Counted from the stretch's first letter, positions 9,839 through 19,526 are shown. The stretch: DNA of 58,647 nucleotides from Candidatus Hydrogenedentota bacterium (GCA_029974275.1 JARKSN010000189.1:1-58647); one strand, 5' to 3'. Translations and numbers: made by a program. Notes: generated by a model from the sequence alone, not told the origin.

Positions 9839-12800
9839 TTGAAATCTGCAGTGATTGTCGCGGGAACGATGATTTTCGCCATTGCGGCGTCGTCGGGGGC
9901 GTTTGCCCAGACGACGTTCCGGGAGATCCTTGTTCGCGCGCAGGCGCGGGCGGCTGTGGCGGATGAGGCGTCGGGGCGTCTGTTCGTGGCCGCGTACGAT
10001 ACGGGGGAGGCGTTGGAGATTGATCCCGTGACGGGATCGGCGAAGGCGTCCGTCGCGGTTGGCGGGGGGCCGTCTGCGCTTGCGTTGGCGCGGGACGGTG
10101 CGGTGTTGGCCTGTGTCAATCGGTTGGCCAATGCCGTTTCGCTGGTTTCCGTCCGCGACATGACGCTTGTGGCGACGGTTCCATGCGGCAAATCGCCGGC
10201 GGATATCGTTGCGCTTCCCGGCGGCGGTTTTGCCGTGGCCAATAGTTTTTCGGATTCGGTGACGATTATCGATGTCCGCCATCCTGCGTCATTGGTTACG
10301 ATCGAGAACGTTTCGGGCGTGCCGTCGGCTATTGCGGCGTCGGGAGACAGCCTTGCCGTTGCGGCGCATGTTCCCCCAGCGTTGCATATTTTCCGCGCAG
10401 GGTCTCGTATGCCTGATGTGACCGTTCCGTTGCCTTCGCCGCCCAACGCGGTGGCGGCTTTGGAAGAGAGCCGTTTTGTGGTTGCGACCAAGACCGGGCT
10501 GGTATTGGTCGATGCGGGAGGCGTTCTTGTCGCCACGGTGGATGCGGGGGAATGTTTTGACGTAGCGGCGTTGGAGGGGCGGGTGGCGGCGGTTACGTCG
10601 GCAGGGGTGGCGTTTTTTTCGGAGAGTCTCGCTTTGGTCGAGACGGTTTCGATGGGGTTTGCGGCGCGGTCCATCGCTTTGACGAAGGAAGGGGCCGTAG
10701 TGTGCGGTCCTGCCGCCAAGCGCCTTGCGATTGCGGGAGAGATTCAGCCGTCTGCGCCGGTTGCGGCGGCGACGGAACCGGAGAAGGCTTCGGTTCCGGA
10801 GGGTGAAGAGGAGTTCGTCGAGCCGTCGAGCCGTCCGGCGGCCTCTCCGGTCGCTCCGGTGGAAGCGGCTCCGGCTTCTGTGCCGCCTGCGAACCTGCCG
10901 GAGGTTTCGGGGGAATCCACTCCCGAGCAACAGCCGTCCGCCGCCGAGATGCCGTTGGCGCAGCAAGCGGAAACGCCGTCTTCCGCATCGGCCCTGTCTG
11001 TTGCTCCGGAGCAGTCGGTCACGCCGGATCACAAGGCGTACGAGCGTATGCCCGTGGTGGCTCCCGGAGCCCGCGTCCCGTTTGTGACGAAGCCTTCGCC
11101 GACGCCGTTGGTGCGCCGTCCGAGGTGGTCGTTGGGGGATGCGTTGGGTGCGGGCCTTGATGCGGCATCGCCGGAAGGGGGGTTCAAAGCGCCGGATTGG
11201 ACGCATCCGTGGAGGGATGTGACGGCGGACAGCGCGAGTTTCAGCAAGGGCAGGGGATCGGCTGAGGGGAACGTGCGCCTGAAGATTGAGGATACGGATT
11301 TCCAGGCTGATCGTTTTCGGTACGACGAGGAAGCGGGCAACATTCACGCGTCGGGCAATGTGCGATTGACGCAGCCGACGGCGTTTCTCACCGCCGAGGA
11401 TGTCGATTACGCCTATCCTATCGACATGCAGCAGACGCAGCCGAGCCCATTGGTTCCGGCCCAGGCGTCCGATGAGCAGGCGATGGCCAGAAAGCGGTTG
11501 GGGCTGGGCAAGGTTGTGGCGCAGGGGATCAAGGTGTATGAGCCGGAACGCACGCTGGAGGCGGACCGACTCGAATACGATTTTGCTCAGGAGACAGGAT
11601 GTATTTGGAACGCGAAGGGCCGTTACGGGATGTTGTACTATGGCGCGGCCCAGGTGCGGTTGTTGGGGCCTGCCAGCGCAAGCGGCGATGACATTTGGGT
11701 GACGACGTGCGATCACGATCCGCCTCATTACCGCATTCGCATCCGTCATGCCGAGATTCAGGCTGATCAGACTTTTTCTGGGAAGGGCGCGCGGTTTCAG
11801 CTTGGATCGGCGAAGACTCCCTTGTATTGGCCGCGGTGGACGTATCGGGGGGGCGAGGATCCGGGGCTTAATGTTGATTTCCACAGCGGACGCCGCGCCG
11901 AGATCGGGGCGTACATCAATACGGGCCAGCGGTTTCGTTTGACTCCCGAGATCGAACTCGGCACGCGGCTTTTCCCGACGACGAAAGGCGGGGTGGGTCT
12001 TGGGTTCGAGGGGGAATATGATTTTATGGATGCCCCTGTTTCGCCGTTTTTCCGGGGCGAGGGGTCGTTTCAGTCGCTGTACACGACGAAGGACCGAGGG
12101 TATGTGCATGCGTACCATCGTCAGGAGCTGGACGAGGACACGGTGTTGCTTGCCCAAGTCGAGCAGTGGTCGGACCGGGATTTTTACAAGGATTTTTTTG
12201 AGGGGCACAAGGATCGCAGTGAGCCGAGAACCTTTGTGAACGTGACGCATACGCGGCCTGGCTATATCGCCGAGGCCACGGTCAAGAGAACGGGCCATGG
12301 ATTCGTCCGGGAGACGGAGCGCCTTCCGGAGCTTTCGTTTCATGCGCTCGAACGTCCGTTGTTCGACCACGTTTATGTTTCGTTCGACACGATCGATGGG
12401 CACGTGAAGCGCGCCTCGGACGGTCCGCATGCCACGCGGTCCATCAACATCGGACGCATCAGCTACGATTGGGACGTCACGGAAGGCATTAACGTCGCTC
12501 CGTTTGTCGAACTGGAAGGATCGTGGTATTCGAACGATGCGCCGCGATGGTACGCGAGCAACCAAGAATCGCGGTCTGCGTTCCGTTTCGCCGCGCTGGC
12601 AGGGATCACGGCCCAGACGCGCCTGCATCGCGAATATCCGGGAGCTTTCGGGTTCGACGCGTTCAAACATATCTTTTTGCCTTCCCTCACGTATTCGTAT
12701 CGTCCCGAACCCACGATGTCCGTCGAAGATACACCTCGATTCGATGCGTTTGACAACGTATACGGACGTAGCCGGCTTGAGAGCAAAATCGCGAATATCG

Positions 12801-13435
12801 TGTTGGGACGCGACAGCGCCACCGGTCAAGTTTGGCAAGTGGCGAGCTTGACGTTGTATCAGGGGACCGATTTTTGGAACGAGATTCGCAAGTCCCGGGA
12901 CTATGAGATCGAGCTCGATTTGCGTCCGCGGTCGTATTGGGGATGGCTGGCCGCTGGCGAATGGCACGACGTCGCCGATTGGTCGAGTCTGGACCAGCCG
13001 TTTATTCTGCCGACGGCGATCTTGCGGCTCTACGAACGCATCAAGGGAGAGCAATTCGATCCCGAGACGGCCTATCGCTTCAGCGTCCGGTATGGCAACT
13101 ACTCGCGTTTTCTCACGTATGCGTATTACGACGATACGCCGTTGAACGGGCGGTTTAGCGGACGCGCGGGCTTTGCGTACACCGAGACGCAGGGCCGTGT
13201 GTTCAATCGTGAAATGCTGTACGGCGCGGGGTACAGGCTGGGCGAGAATTGGTCGCTGGGATTTGAGCATCGGTATGATTTCGAACGCGGCCGCTTGGCG
13301 CGTCAGATGTATGAAATTCGCCGCGATCTCCATTGCTGGGAAGGCGCTTTTCAATTCACGGATCGGCCTTCCGGCTGGGACGTTGGCGTCGAACTCTCCA
13401 TAAAAGGCTTGCCAGGCAGCAGGCTGAGTTTCTAG
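9839..13435 (+). CDS. lptD: LptD-like LPS-assembly outer-membrane protein with N-terminal YVTN/YncE-like beta-propeller (start uncertain, 9788-9839)
   Basis: Signal peptide, propeller blades (VAVGGGPSALAL, VPCGKSPADIV, AVANSFSDSVTIID) and a Pro/Ala/Glu linker. Then an OstA-like jellyroll (AEGNVRL..ADRFRYD..ASGNVRL), TTCD..PPHY, ERLPEL, KHIFLP, RRDLHCWE and terminal Phe. Confidence 0.75.
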   Translation: MKSAVIVAGTMIFAIAASSGAFAQTTFREILVRAQARAAVADEASGRLFVAAYDTGEALEIDPVTGSAKASVAVGGGPSALALARDGAVLACVNRLANAVSLVSVRDMTLVATVPCGKSPADIVALPGGGFAVANSFSDSVTIIDVRHPASLVTIENVSGVPSAIAASGDSLAVAAHVPPALHIFRAGSRMPDVTVPLPSPPNAVAALEESRFVVATKTGLVLVDAGGVLVATVDAGECFDVAALEGRVAAVTSAGVAFFSESLALVETVSMGFAARSIALTKEGAVVCGPAAKRLAIAGEIQPSAPVAAATEPEKASVPEGEEEFVEPSSRPAASPVAPVEAAPASVPPANLPEVSGESTPEQQPSAAEMPLAQQAETPSSASALSVAPEQSVTPDHKAYERMPVVAPGARVPFVTKPSPTPLVRRPRWSLGDALGAGLDAASPEGGFKAPDWTHPWRDVTADSASFSKGRGSAEGNVRLKIEDTDFQADRFRYDEEAGNIHASGNVRLTQPTAFLTAEDVDYAYPIDMQQTQPSPLVPAQASDEQAMARKRLGLGKVVAQGIKVYEPERTLEADRLEYDFAQETGCIWNAKGRYGMLYYGAAQVRLLGPASASGDDIWVTTCDHDPPHYRIRIRHAEIQADQTFSGKGARFQLGSAKTPLYWPRWTYRGGEDPGLNVDFHSGRRAEIGAYINTGQRFRLTPEIELGTRLFPTTKGGVGLGFEGEYDFMDAPVSPFFRGEGSFQSLYTTKDRGYVHAYHRQELDEDTVLLAQVEQWSDRDFYKDFFEGHKDRSEPRTFVNVTHTRPGYIAEATVKRTGHGFVRETERLPELSFHALERPLFDHVYVSFDTIDGHVKRASDGPHATRSINIGRISYDWDVTEGINVAPFVELEGSWYSNDAPRWYASNQESRSAFRFAALAGITAQTRLHREYPGAFGFDAFKHIFLPSLTYSYRPEPTMSVEDTPRFDAFDNVYGRSRLESKIANIVLGRDSATGQVWQVASLTLYQGTDFWNEIRKSRDYEIELDLRPRSYWGWLAAGEWHDVADWSSLDQPFILPTAILRLYERIKGEQFDPETAYRFSVRYGNYSRFLTYAYYDDTPLNGRFSGRAGFAYTETQGRVFNREMLYGAGYRLGENWSLGFEHRYDFERGRLARQMYEIRRDLHCWEGAFQFTDRPSGWDVGVELSIKGLPGSRLSF

Positions 13436-13490
13436 GCGGGCAAGCCTGGGCATGCAACGCATCTAGACGCGAAATGATTTATTTGGAAAG

Positions 13491-15191
13491 ATGTCCATGA
13501 AAAGCGACCTTGAAATTGCGCAGAAGGCCAAGCTAAAACCCATCGCCGAGATCGCGGCGGGACTGGGGCTTGCGGAAGACGATCTGTATCTCTACGGCAA
13601 GTACAAGGCCAAGGTGCAGCTCTCCGCGTTGGACCGCTTGCAGGACCGCCCCAATGGCAAGTACATCGATGTCAGCGCTATCACGCCGACGCCGTTGGGC
13701 GAGGGCAAGACGGTGCAGACCATCGGCCTCGGGCTGGGTCTCACCAAGCTCGGGCGCAAGGCGTTTGTGTGCCTGCGGCAGCCGTCGATGGGGCCGACCT
13801 TCGGTATCAAGGGTGGCGCGGCGGGCGGGGGGCATTCGCAGGTCGTCCCGATGGAGGAGTTCAACCTTCACCTCACCGGCGACATCCACGCCGTTGGGTG
13901 CGCGCATAATCTCCTCGCCGCGATGATCGACAACCACATCGAAAAGGGCAATCAACTCGGGATCGATCCGCTGCGGCTTGAATGGCGGCGTGTTGTGGAC
14001 GTGTCCGACCGTGCCCTGCGTCAGATCGTCACGGGCCTTGGCGGGTCGAAGAACGGCATCCCGCGCGAGACCGGGTTTGATATTACCGTGGCCAGCGAAG
14101 TCATGGCGATCCTCGCGCTAACGTCCGGACTGCAAGACCTGCGGCAGCGCATGGGCCGGATCGTCATCGGTCCCGCGAAGGACAACCGTCCCGTCACCGC
14201 TGACGATCTCAATGCGGCAGGCGCGATGACGGTCCTCATGAAGGACGCGCTCATGCCGACCCTGATGCAGACGACGGAGAACACGCCGGTGTTTGTGCAT
14301 TCGGGGCCGTTCGCGAACATCGCCCACGGCAACAGCAGCATCCTCGCCGATCAACTCGCGCTCAAGCTCGGCGATTACGTCGTTACGGAGAGCGGCTTTG
14401 GCGCGGACATGGGCATGGAAAAGTTCATGGACGTCAAGTGCCGGTACAGCGGGCTGCGTCCGGACGCGGTGGTGATCGTCGCGACGGTCCGCGCGCTCAA
14501 AATGCACAGTGGCCGTTTCACGGTGGTTGCGGGCAAGCGCCTCGACGCGGGGTTGTTGCACGAGGACCTTGGCGCCATCCGAGACGGCGCGGGCAATCTC
14601 GCCAAACATATCGAGAACGTCCGGGCGTTTGGACTGAACTGCGTTGTCGCCGTGAACCGTTTCCCGACGGACACGCAGGCCGAACTCGATCTCGTGCGCG
14701 AACTTGCCCTCGAAGCTGGCGCGGCGAAGGCCGTCGTCAGTGAAGTCCACGCGCGCGGCGGGGAAGGCGGCCTCGAACTTGCCCAAGCTGTCGAGGAAGT
14801 CGCGAACCGCCCAAAGCAGTTCGATTTCCTCTATCCGCTCGAAACAACGGTCCAGCAGAAGATCGAAACCATCGCGCAAAAAATGTACGGCGCGGACGGC
14901 GTCGATTTCACGCCGGATGCCTTGCGCGAGATCACGTGGTTCGAGGAACACGGTTGCGCGCATTTGCCGATCTGCATGGCGAAAACGCACTTGTCGTTGT
15001 CGCACGATCCCAAGCGAAAAGGCCGTCCCACGGGCTTCCGCGTGCCGGTGCGCAACGTGCATGGGGCGATCGGCGCGGGCTTTCTCGTGGCCATGTGCGG
15101 CGACGTCATCAAGATGCCCGGCCTGCCCTCCACCCCCGGCGCGTGCAAGATCGATATCGATGAAGAAGGCCGTATTGTGGGCCTGTTTTAG
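13491..15191 (+). CDS. fhs: Formate--tetrahydrofolate ligase
   Basis: TPTPLGEGKT, GIKGGAAGGG, FNLHLTGDIHA, GPFANIAHG, VVTESGFGADMG, PICMAKT, MPGLP motifs. Confidence 0.98.
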   Translation: MSMKSDLEIAQKAKLKPIAEIAAGLGLAEDDLYLYGKYKAKVQLSALDRLQDRPNGKYIDVSAITPTPLGEGKTVQTIGLGLGLTKLGRKAFVCLRQPSMGPTFGIKGGAAGGGHSQVVPMEEFNLHLTGDIHAVGCAHNLLAAMIDNHIEKGNQLGIDPLRLEWRRVVDVSDRALRQIVTGLGGSKNGIPRETGFDITVASEVMAILALTSGLQDLRQRMGRIVIGPAKDNRPVTADDLNAAGAMTVLMKDALMPTLMQTTENTPVFVHSGPFANIAHGNSSILADQLALKLGDYVVTESGFGADMGMEKFMDVKCRYSGLRPDAVVIVATVRALKMHSGRFTVVAGKRLDAGLLHEDLGAIRDGAGNLAKHIENVRAFGLNCVVAVNRFPTDTQAELDLVRELALEAGAAKAVVSEVHARGGEGGLELAQAVEEVANRPKQFDFLYPLETTVQQKIETIAQKMYGADGVDFTPDALREITWFEEHGCAHLPICMAKTHLSLSHDPKRKGRPTGFRVPVRNVHGAIGAGFLVAMCGDVIKMPGLPSTPGACKIDIDEEGRIVGLF

Positions 15192-15195
15192 GAAA

Positions 15196-15345
15196 TTGGG
15201 GGAACCTCTTTGGGAAAGAGGTTCCCCCAAGCCCCTTCCAGAAACTTTTGTTGGCTTCGCGTGTTGTTGACGATCAGCGTAGCCAGCAAAAGTTCTTGGG
15301 AAGGGCTCTGGGGAAACCCTTCTTCCAAGAAGGGTTTCCCCAGAG
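15196..15345. repeat. Three-hairpin palindromic intergenic repeat, copy 1
   Basis: 16-bp perfect hairpin (15196-15230), long central stem CCCCTTCCAGAAACTTTTG..CAAAAGTTCTTGGGAAGGG, and a second hairpin (15306-15345). Homologous to the copies at 16258 and 53078. Confidence 0.92.
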
Positions 15346-15370
15346 TTCTAAACTATCGGGAGACCATCCA

Positions 15371-16252
15371 ATGACCCAACAAGCCATATTGATCGAAGGC
15401 AAGCGCGTCGCGGAAACCATTCGCGCGGAATTGAAAGACGAAGTTGCGGCGCTGGCGGCGCGTGGCGTGACGCCGGGGTTGGCGGTGGTGTTGGTGGGCG
15501 AAAATCCCGCGAGTCAGGTCTATGTACGCAACAAGGAGAAGGCCTGCGCGGAAGTGGGCATGGCGGCGTTCGACCATCGTTTGCCCGCATCGACGCCGGA
15601 AGATGAACTGCTGGCGCTGATCGACACGCTCAACGCCGACCCCAGCGTCCACGGCATCCTTGTGCAGTTGCCATTGCCGAAACACATCAACGAGACGAAG
15701 GTGCTCAACGCCATCGCGCCGGATAAGGATGCGGATGGTTTCCACCCGATGAACGTCGGCAAGATGCTGATCGGCGAGGAATGCCCATTGCCATGCACGC
15801 CGCACGGAGTACAGGAATTACTGGTGCGTTATGGTCACGACCCGGCGGGCAAGCACGTCGTGATCGTTGGGCGCTCGAACATCGTCGGCAAACCGCTCGC
15901 CGCGATCTTGATGCAGAAAAAAAAAGGCGCGAACGCCACCGTGACTGTGGCGCATTCTGGCACGAAAGACCTTGCAGGCATGATGCGCCAGGCGGATATT
16001 CTCGTTGCGGCGATAGGCGTGCCGGAGTTTGTCAAGGCGGACATGGTGCGGGACGGGGCCGTCGTGATCGACGTCGGCATCAACCGCGTTGAGGACGCAA
16101 CCCATCCGAAAGGGTATCGCATCGTCGGCGACGTCGATTTTGCGGGCGTTAGCCAAAAGGCCGCCGCCATTACCCCCGTCCCCGGCGGCGTCGGCCCGAT
16201 GACCATCGCCATGCTCTTGAAAAATACCGTCGAAGCGGCGAAACGGGCGTAA
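15371..16252 (+). CDS. folD: Bifunctional methylene-THF dehydrogenase/cyclohydrolase
   Basis: PGLAVVLVG..YVRNK, GILVQLPLP, KDADGFHP, PCTP, GRSNIVGKP, VIDVGINR, ITPVPGGVGPMT. Confidence 0.98.
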   Translation: MTQQAILIEGKRVAETIRAELKDEVAALAARGVTPGLAVVLVGENPASQVYVRNKEKACAEVGMAAFDHRLPASTPEDELLALIDTLNADPSVHGILVQLPLPKHINETKVLNAIAPDKDADGFHPMNVGKMLIGEECPLPCTPHGVQELLVRYGHDPAGKHVVIVGRSNIVGKPLAAILMQKKKGANATVTVAHSGTKDLAGMMRQADILVAAIGVPEFVKADMVRDGAVVIDVGINRVEDATHPKGYRIVGDVDFAGVSQKAAAITPVPGGVGPMTIAMLLKNTVEAAKRA

Positions 16253-16257
16253 GAGTA

Positions 16258-16402
16258 TCGGGGGAAACCTCTTTGGGAAGGAGGTTTCCCCCGAACCCCC
16301 TTCCAGAAACTTTTGGGTGCTGCGCACACCAAGCGCAAAGGCCAATAGAAGTTTTGGGGAAGGGGTGTGGGGAAATCCTTTTTCCCAAGAAGGGTTTCCC
16401 CA
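16258..16402. repeat. Three-hairpin palindromic intergenic repeat, copy 2
   Basis: GGGGGAAACCTCTTTgggAAGGAGGTTTCCCCC..CCCCTTCCAGAAACTTTTG..AGAAGTTTTGGGGAAGGGG..TGGGGAAATCCTTTTTcccAAGAAGGGTTTCCCCA. Confidence 0.92.
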
Positions 16403-16424
16403 GAAAACGCCGAAAGGGTTTCCC

Positions 16425-16805
16425 ATGCTCACCTATTACTGTGATGGATGCGGCGCGCAGCTTTCCCGGGATGGACTACGCTATAAGGTCCACATTGACG
16501 TGCGGGCCGCGTACGAGGAACTCGAGATTGGCTTGGCCGATCTGGTGCGCGATCACCGCGCCGAGATGCTGGAACTAATCGAGCGGCTCAAAGACAAGTC
16601 CGCCCAGGAAATCGAGGAAACCGTCTACAAACGCTTCGACCTCGATTTGTGCCCCCGGTGTCAGCGGGCGTATCTCCAAAATCCTCTGCGTTTCCATCCC
16701 GAGCAGGGCGCGCCGGAGGACGACATCGACATGGACGGTTTTTTGCGATCGCTGGGCATGGGGGCGCCGCGCCGCACGCCGTCCAGCGACACGAAAGACG
16801 AGTAA
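16425..16805 (+). CDS. Small hypothetical protein with two CxxC motifs (putative Zn-binding)
   Basis: MLTYYCDGCG..DLCPRCQ. ATG after AAAGGG. Confidence 0.75.
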   Translation: MLTYYCDGCGAQLSRDGLRYKVHIDVRAAYEELEIGLADLVRDHRAEMLELIERLKDKSAQEIEETVYKRFDLDLCPRCQRAYLQNPLRFHPEQGAPEDDIDMDGFLRSLGMGAPRRTPSSDTKDE

Positions 16806-16806
16806 T

Positions 16807-18627
16807 ATGCCGGTTTTGGCGGGCATCGTATCCCGCGGTTCTTCCGAGGAACTCGCCACGCGTCTTGACGCCATGCTTGCGCAGACGCCGCAACTCCCGT
16901 GGCTTCGCGCGAAGCGCTGTGCGTCGGAAGGCGCGGCGGTGGGCGGCGTGTGGCCAGAGGCGGGTCCCTTTTTGTTCGATGCTCCCGATGCGGTTATCGC
17001 GTTTCACGGGGAAGCGTATGGATTGACGTCGCGTCCATGTTCCGGCGGTGAGGTCTGCGAGTTTCTTTTGGGCCGTTTCCGCCAGCATGGCCCGAAGGCT
17101 CTTGCCGGACTTGATGGGCTATACGTCGCAGCCGTGTGGGAAAAGCGGGACCGTCGCCTGACTCTCGTCAATGATCGGTACGGTTTCAAGAAGCTCTATT
17201 ATTGGGCCGACGCCGAGCAATTTCTTTTTGCATCCAGGACCCAGTGTTTTTTGTCCGAGCCTTCATTTCCCACGCGGCTGGATACTCGCGCGTTGGCCGA
17301 GTTCTTCACGCTGAGCTATCTATTGGAAGACCGCACGCTTTTCGAATCCGTCCGCGTTCTTCCTCCGGCCAGCATTTTGACGTGGCAGAACGCGCGCCTT
17401 TTCATAAGCGCCTATTGGGACTATGTGTTCGAGTCTCGGTCCGATGCCTGCGATGTTCCCGTTGCCGCGGGCGAAATGGCCGAGTTGTTAACCCACGCCG
17501 TTCGCAAGCGCAGGCATGATCGTTTGTGCCTTCAAGTGACCGGCGGCCTCGATTCCCGCGCCGTGGCGGGAGCTGTCGCTGCATGCCAGGACCTCAGACC
17601 GGTGCGGGCGGTGACGGTGGGCCACGCGCATTCCCACGATGTCCGTTTCGGACGCGCCATCGCGCGCGCGTGCGGGTTCGAGCACACGCTCGTGCCTATC
17701 GATGCGCGCTGCTATGAGCAGTATGCCGAGACGGCGGCATTGCGAACGGAAGGGTTCATCAGTGCGCAGAATGGTTGGATATTCGCCATCGATGCCTATC
17801 TCGCGGACAGATATCCCCTGGGCGTCATGAACGGTTTTCTTGGGGATTGTCTTTCCGGAGCGCATTTGCCGCAATGCGATGTCGGCGGCATGACGGAGGA
17901 TGCGGTCTTCAACCATGTCTATGCCCGCATGTACGGGGACGCAGCCGAGGGAACGCTGGCGCGTCTGCTTCGACCCGAGATATTTCGACAAGTCAGGGGT
18001 TCAACGCGGCAAACGATCCGGCGCTGTTTCGATGCGCGCCCAGACCTTGGCGTCCTGAACCGCTGCGATTATATCGACCTGCACCAACGTCAGCGCCGTT
18101 TCATCGCCTCGCACATCGAATTTCTCGACCCTTTCTGTCGGGTGATCGATCCTTTCACCGACAACGCCTTGGTCGACTGGGCGCTGACGCTGCCTCTGTC
18201 TTTACGGATGGGGCAGCGTGCCTATCGGCAGGCCATCGTGACGCACTTTCCGCGCGTGGCGCGGATTCCCCGAACCGGATCGGGGATTCCATTGAAGACG
18301 ACATGGCTTTACGAAGGCATGGTCCGCGCGCGCATGTTCGCCCACTACAAGCTTTTGCCGCGCTTTTCCGCGGGCCGATTGGGCGGGCACAACATGGCCG
18401 CGGCCGCTCATCCAACGGAATGGCTGCGGGGCGCCTCGCGCGCATTTTTTGAGCGGCACATGCGGCGCGCGGAATGGTGCGAGGATGTGCTGGACGTCCA
18501 AGGGGTTCGCGCGTTTGCAACGGATTTTTTGGAGGGGCGCCACGACGATTGGGGAACGGCTTGCCTGCTCTTGATGTTCGCGTTGTGGCGCGACATCTAT
18601 TGCGGCGGCGAACAGCGTTCAGCGTAG
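16807..18627 (+). CDS. Asparagine synthetase (AsnB)-family amide synthetase-like protein
   Basis: Ntn-like N-domain (LVNDRYGFKKLYY..FAS..RTLF..LPPA) plus ATP-pyrophosphatase motif TGGLDSR and GFLGD. N-terminal catalytic Cys is absent. Confidence 0.85.
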   Translation: MPVLAGIVSRGSSEELATRLDAMLAQTPQLPWLRAKRCASEGAAVGGVWPEAGPFLFDAPDAVIAFHGEAYGLTSRPCSGGEVCEFLLGRFRQHGPKALAGLDGLYVAAVWEKRDRRLTLVNDRYGFKKLYYWADAEQFLFASRTQCFLSEPSFPTRLDTRALAEFFTLSYLLEDRTLFESVRVLPPASILTWQNARLFISAYWDYVFESRSDACDVPVAAGEMAELLTHAVRKRRHDRLCLQVTGGLDSRAVAGAVAACQDLRPVRAVTVGHAHSHDVRFGRAIARACGFEHTLVPIDARCYEQYAETAALRTEGFISAQNGWIFAIDAYLADRYPLGVMNGFLGDCLSGAHLPQCDVGGMTEDAVFNHVYARMYGDAAEGTLARLLRPEIFRQVRGSTRQTIRRCFDARPDLGVLNRCDYIDLHQRQRRFIASHIEFLDPFCRVIDPFTDNALVDWALTLPLSLRMGQRAYRQAIVTHFPRVARIPRTGSGIPLKTTWLYEGMVRARMFAHYKLLPRFSAGRLGGHNMAAAAHPTEWLRGASRAFFERHMRRAEWCEDVLDVQGVRAFATDFLEGRHDDWGTACLLLMFALWRDIYCGGEQRSA

Positions 18628-18726
18628 CGCGCGCACTACCATGATGGCGATGATGAGCGGGATGACCGCGACGAGGGCCACCCAGTGGGCGCGCGCCCAA
18701 AGGTAGATATCGGCCAGCGTGATCAT
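18619..18726 (-). CDS. 35-aa single-helix membrane peptide (not in ORF track)
   Basis: MITLADIYLWARAHWVALVAVIPLIIAIMVVRALR*. AAGGAGG lies 12 nt upstream, and the ORF follows the Zn-finger membrane gene on the same strand. Confidence 0.6.
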   Translation of the reverse strand: MITLADIYLWARAHWVALVAVIPLIIAIMVVRALR

Positions 18727-18754
18727 GGCAGGGAACAGCCTCCTTGTGGCGCCG

Positions 18755-19462
18755 TTATTCTGATTCGTGCCTTCTCAACATATTCTGGCGCCATTCTTCC
18801 AACTGCGCCGGGGTCATGGTGTCGCGGGTGGTCCGGATGACGGCTTGCGCGCTTTCCGTTGGCGACATGGCCCTCGCCTGGAGAATGCCCAAGCCCAGGG
18901 CGATGGTGACAAGAGCGATGGCCGCGCCCATGAGACAACGCAGCCGGTCCATGTAATACGGCTCGCGAAACAATCCTGCCGCCGCCCAGAAGATAGCGAT
19001 CGCCGGGATGAGGAGCAGGATCGTCGGCGTTCGCACCCAGCCCACGAGGGGAACCAGGATGTACTGAAAACTGGAAAATACCAGCACAAACAGCATGGCC
19101 GCCAAACCGGCTATCGCGGTGTACAGACTGATCCGCCACAGCGGATGTGACTTATACCCGCTGGCGGACAGCGCCTCGGCCTCGATCCGGGCGGGGGCGC
19201 GCGGCGCTTTCTCCTCGTCGGAAAAAGCCGTGTTTTCTTCTTCGGGGCGGTCTTTGCGATCGGATTGCGCCGTTTTTTGGGCTTGGCGCTCGTCGAAACA
19301 GGCCAGGCAAATTTTTCGTTGGGAACGGGTGATATGGATGTGTGCGGGACAGGACAACGCGCCGCATTTTTCGCAGGGAACGGCGCAGGCATCGCAGAGC
19401 AAGGCCTTGCATTTGGCGCAATACCCAACCGCGCTGCGTATGGAACAGACGCCGCATTCCAT
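18755..19462 (-). CDS. Membrane protein with N-terminal Cys-rich (B-box-like) zinc finger
   Basis: CGVC..CAKC..CDAC..CEKC..CPAH..CLAC followed by 3 predicted TM helices. Confidence 0.75.
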   Translation of the reverse strand: MECGVCSIRSAVGYCAKCKALLCDACAVPCEKCGALSCPAHIHITRSQRKICLACFDERQAQKTAQSDRKDRPEEENTAFSDEEKAPRAPARIEAEALSASGYKSHPLWRISLYTAIAGLAAMLFVLVFSSFQYILVPLVGWVRTPTILLLIPAIAIFWAAAGLFREPYYMDRLRCLMGAAIALVTIALGLGILQARAMSPTESAQAVIRTTRDTMTPAQLEEWRQNMLRRHESE

Positions 19463-19526
19463 GCTCGATTCCCTCGCGTATGTTCTCTGCGTTCACTCTA
19501 GCACAGCCGTCGCGATGGCGCCACCC

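Noticed and set aside
10289..13462. Long antisense ORFs (also 5101-6825, 20361-22643, 32933-34795, 39327-41339, 45723-47405)
   Set aside because: Shadow frames of well-supported genes in high-GC DNA, with no recognisable motifs.
15196..16402. Palindromic repeats as a CRISPR array or folate/ZTP riboswitch
   Set aside because: They are dispersed ~145-bp units with no repeat-spacer periodicity and no cas genes. The same element precedes nadE, and no riboswitch consensus was recognised.
15248..16578. ORF-track N-terminal extensions of folD and the CxxC gene, and short ORFs with KGFP/GKPF peptides (also 52668-53363)
   Set aside because: These are translations of the palindromic repeat; better starts exist downstream.
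16807..18726. Lasso peptide cluster (AsnB-like cyclase plus short peptide)
   Set aside because: No B1/B2 leader-processing genes, and the short ORF is a TM helix on the opposite strand.
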